From an uncultured Acidobacteriota bacterium (GTDB lineage: Bacteria; Acidobacteriota; Vicinamibacteria; Vicinamibacterales; UBA8438), in contig CAJWLU010000045.1 in the NCBI GenBank assembly GCA_913043225.1, positions 1 to 16,289 of the forward strand: DNA of 16,289 nucleotides, read 5' to 3'. The notes below the pieces were generated by a model. It ran no database searches. It was not told the DNA's origin and was given only the letters and a program-made list of their open reading frames with translations. Both the position numbers and the translations under genes were made by a program. Each line of letters starts with the position of its first letter. Position 1 is the first letter of the stretch. Positions 15,414 through 16,289 of this stretch are shown piece after piece.

Positions 15414-16289
15414 CTAGAAGAAGCGCATCGAGTAACCGAACTTAATGCCGCGTCCGATCTCTGGCGCCAGATCTTTGATGAACGAGGTGTGACTCCGATA
15501 AAGCTCGTTCGTCAGGTTGTACCCAGTCACGCTGACGATGTGCGCAACGTGGGGTCTGGCCCAGACATACGAGGCATTGAGGTTGACGACCGAATACCCG
15601 TCGGTCACCGTCTCTTCGCCGTACACGTTGTCCTGTCTGGCCGCGACAATCACCTCGGGACTGACCGTCAGTCCCTGATGCGTAAAGTCGACGCTGAAAG
15701 TCCCGCGAAGCGGCGGGATTCGTGGCAACGCTTCGTTCGTCGCGGTCAGCGCTGCATCGACAACGCCGACGCCCACATTGGCCCAGACCGCATCACCGAC
15801 ACGCATGCTGGCTTCTGCATCGAAGCCTTTGAATAGACTGTCGGCCTGGAGAAACTCACCTACCGGCAGACCGTCAGCCATGTCGCCGTCTAGCGAGATG
15901 AACACGAAGTTGTCGATGTTGTAGGCATAAGTATTGAAGCTCGCACGAGCCCGCGATGTCTGATACCGCAGGCTGACGTCGAGCGCGAGGCTCTGCTCAC
16001 TCTCGAGATTCGAATTCCCAACTTCAAAGGTAAGGCTGCCCACATGCGGACCGAAGTTATATAGCTCTTCGAGCGCCGGCGCCCGGTGTGAATGGGTCAA
16101 GTTCGCGACAAATGACCCGTTGCTGCCGATATCCGCCTGTAGTCCAGCAGACACCGACGCGCCGTTAAAATCACGTGCCCGCGCATCGGGGGCCTCCAGG
16201 TCGTCGTGGTCGTCGTGGTCGTCGTGGTCGTCGTGGTCGTCGTGGTCGTCGTGGTCGTCGTGGTCGTCGTGGTCGTCGTGGTCGTCGTG
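15414..16289 (-). CDS. TonB-dependent outer-membrane receptor, C-terminal part (ZnuD-like), 5' end outside the window
   Basis: Frame is open from the window end: (HDD)10-LEAPDARARDFNGASVSAG...; RAPALEELY-FGPH, GNSNLESEQS, LPRIPP, T-GY-VVNL, NLTNELYR-HTSFIKD-APE-GR; terminal Phe (YSMRFF). Confidence 0.92.
   Translation of the reverse strand, partial: HDDHDDHDDHDDHDDHDDHDDHDDHDDHDDLEAPDARARDFNGASVSAGLQADIGSNGSFVANLTHSHRAPALEELYNFGPHVGSLTFEVGNSNLESEQSLALDVSLRYQTSRARASFNTYAYNIDNFVFISLDGDMADGLPVGEFLQADSLFKGFDAEASMRVGDAVWANVGVGVVDAALTATNEALPRIPPLRGTFSVDFTHQGLTVSPEVIVAARQDNVYGEETVTDGYSVVNLNASYVWARPHVAHIVSVTGYNLTNELYRSHTSFIKDLAPEIGRGIKFGYSMRFF
16200..16289 (-). repeat. Perfect 9-bp tandem repeat (CACGACGAC)x10 encoding (His-Asp-Asp)10, truncated by the window end
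   Basis: Direct count: GTCGTCGTG x10 = 90 nt on the + strand, in frame with the receptor. Confidence 0.97.

Noticed and set aside
16200..16289. Repeat as a CRISPR array or telomere-like element
   Set aside because: No spacers; it is a 9-nt coding tandem repeat in frame with the receptor.

Overview
A GC-rich (about 65% by eye) bacterial window made up mostly of exported redox and hydrolytic proteins. The gene families suggest an Acidobacteriota/Gemmatimonadota-type organism, which is inference only. From left to right: a lower-GC left end with two small dimeric alpha/beta-barrel genes (ABM-like and DUF3303-like) and a hairpin-rich spacer; a secreted hypothetical protein (EYACHEGN type); a minus-strand operon of Tat-exported PhoD-like phosphatase, Tat-exported epoxide-hydrolase-like protein and a mandelate racemase homolog with KxR in place of KxK; a lipocalin-like exported protein; a coupled pair encoding a cytochrome c / PHM-type copper monooxygenase fusion and a secreted partner; three tandem secreted PQQ-dependent dehydrogenases transcribed divergently from that pair; and the 3' part of a ZnuD-like TonB-dependent receptor whose loop carries a perfect (CACGACGAC)x10 = (His-Asp-Asp)10 repeat running off the window. 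The best candidate for an undescribed system is a periplasmic chain from PQQ dehydrogenase through the fused cytochrome c to the copper monooxygenase, with at least one dehydrogenase showing a lanthanide-type ligand set. No RNA genes, mobile elements or CRISPR arrays were recognised.
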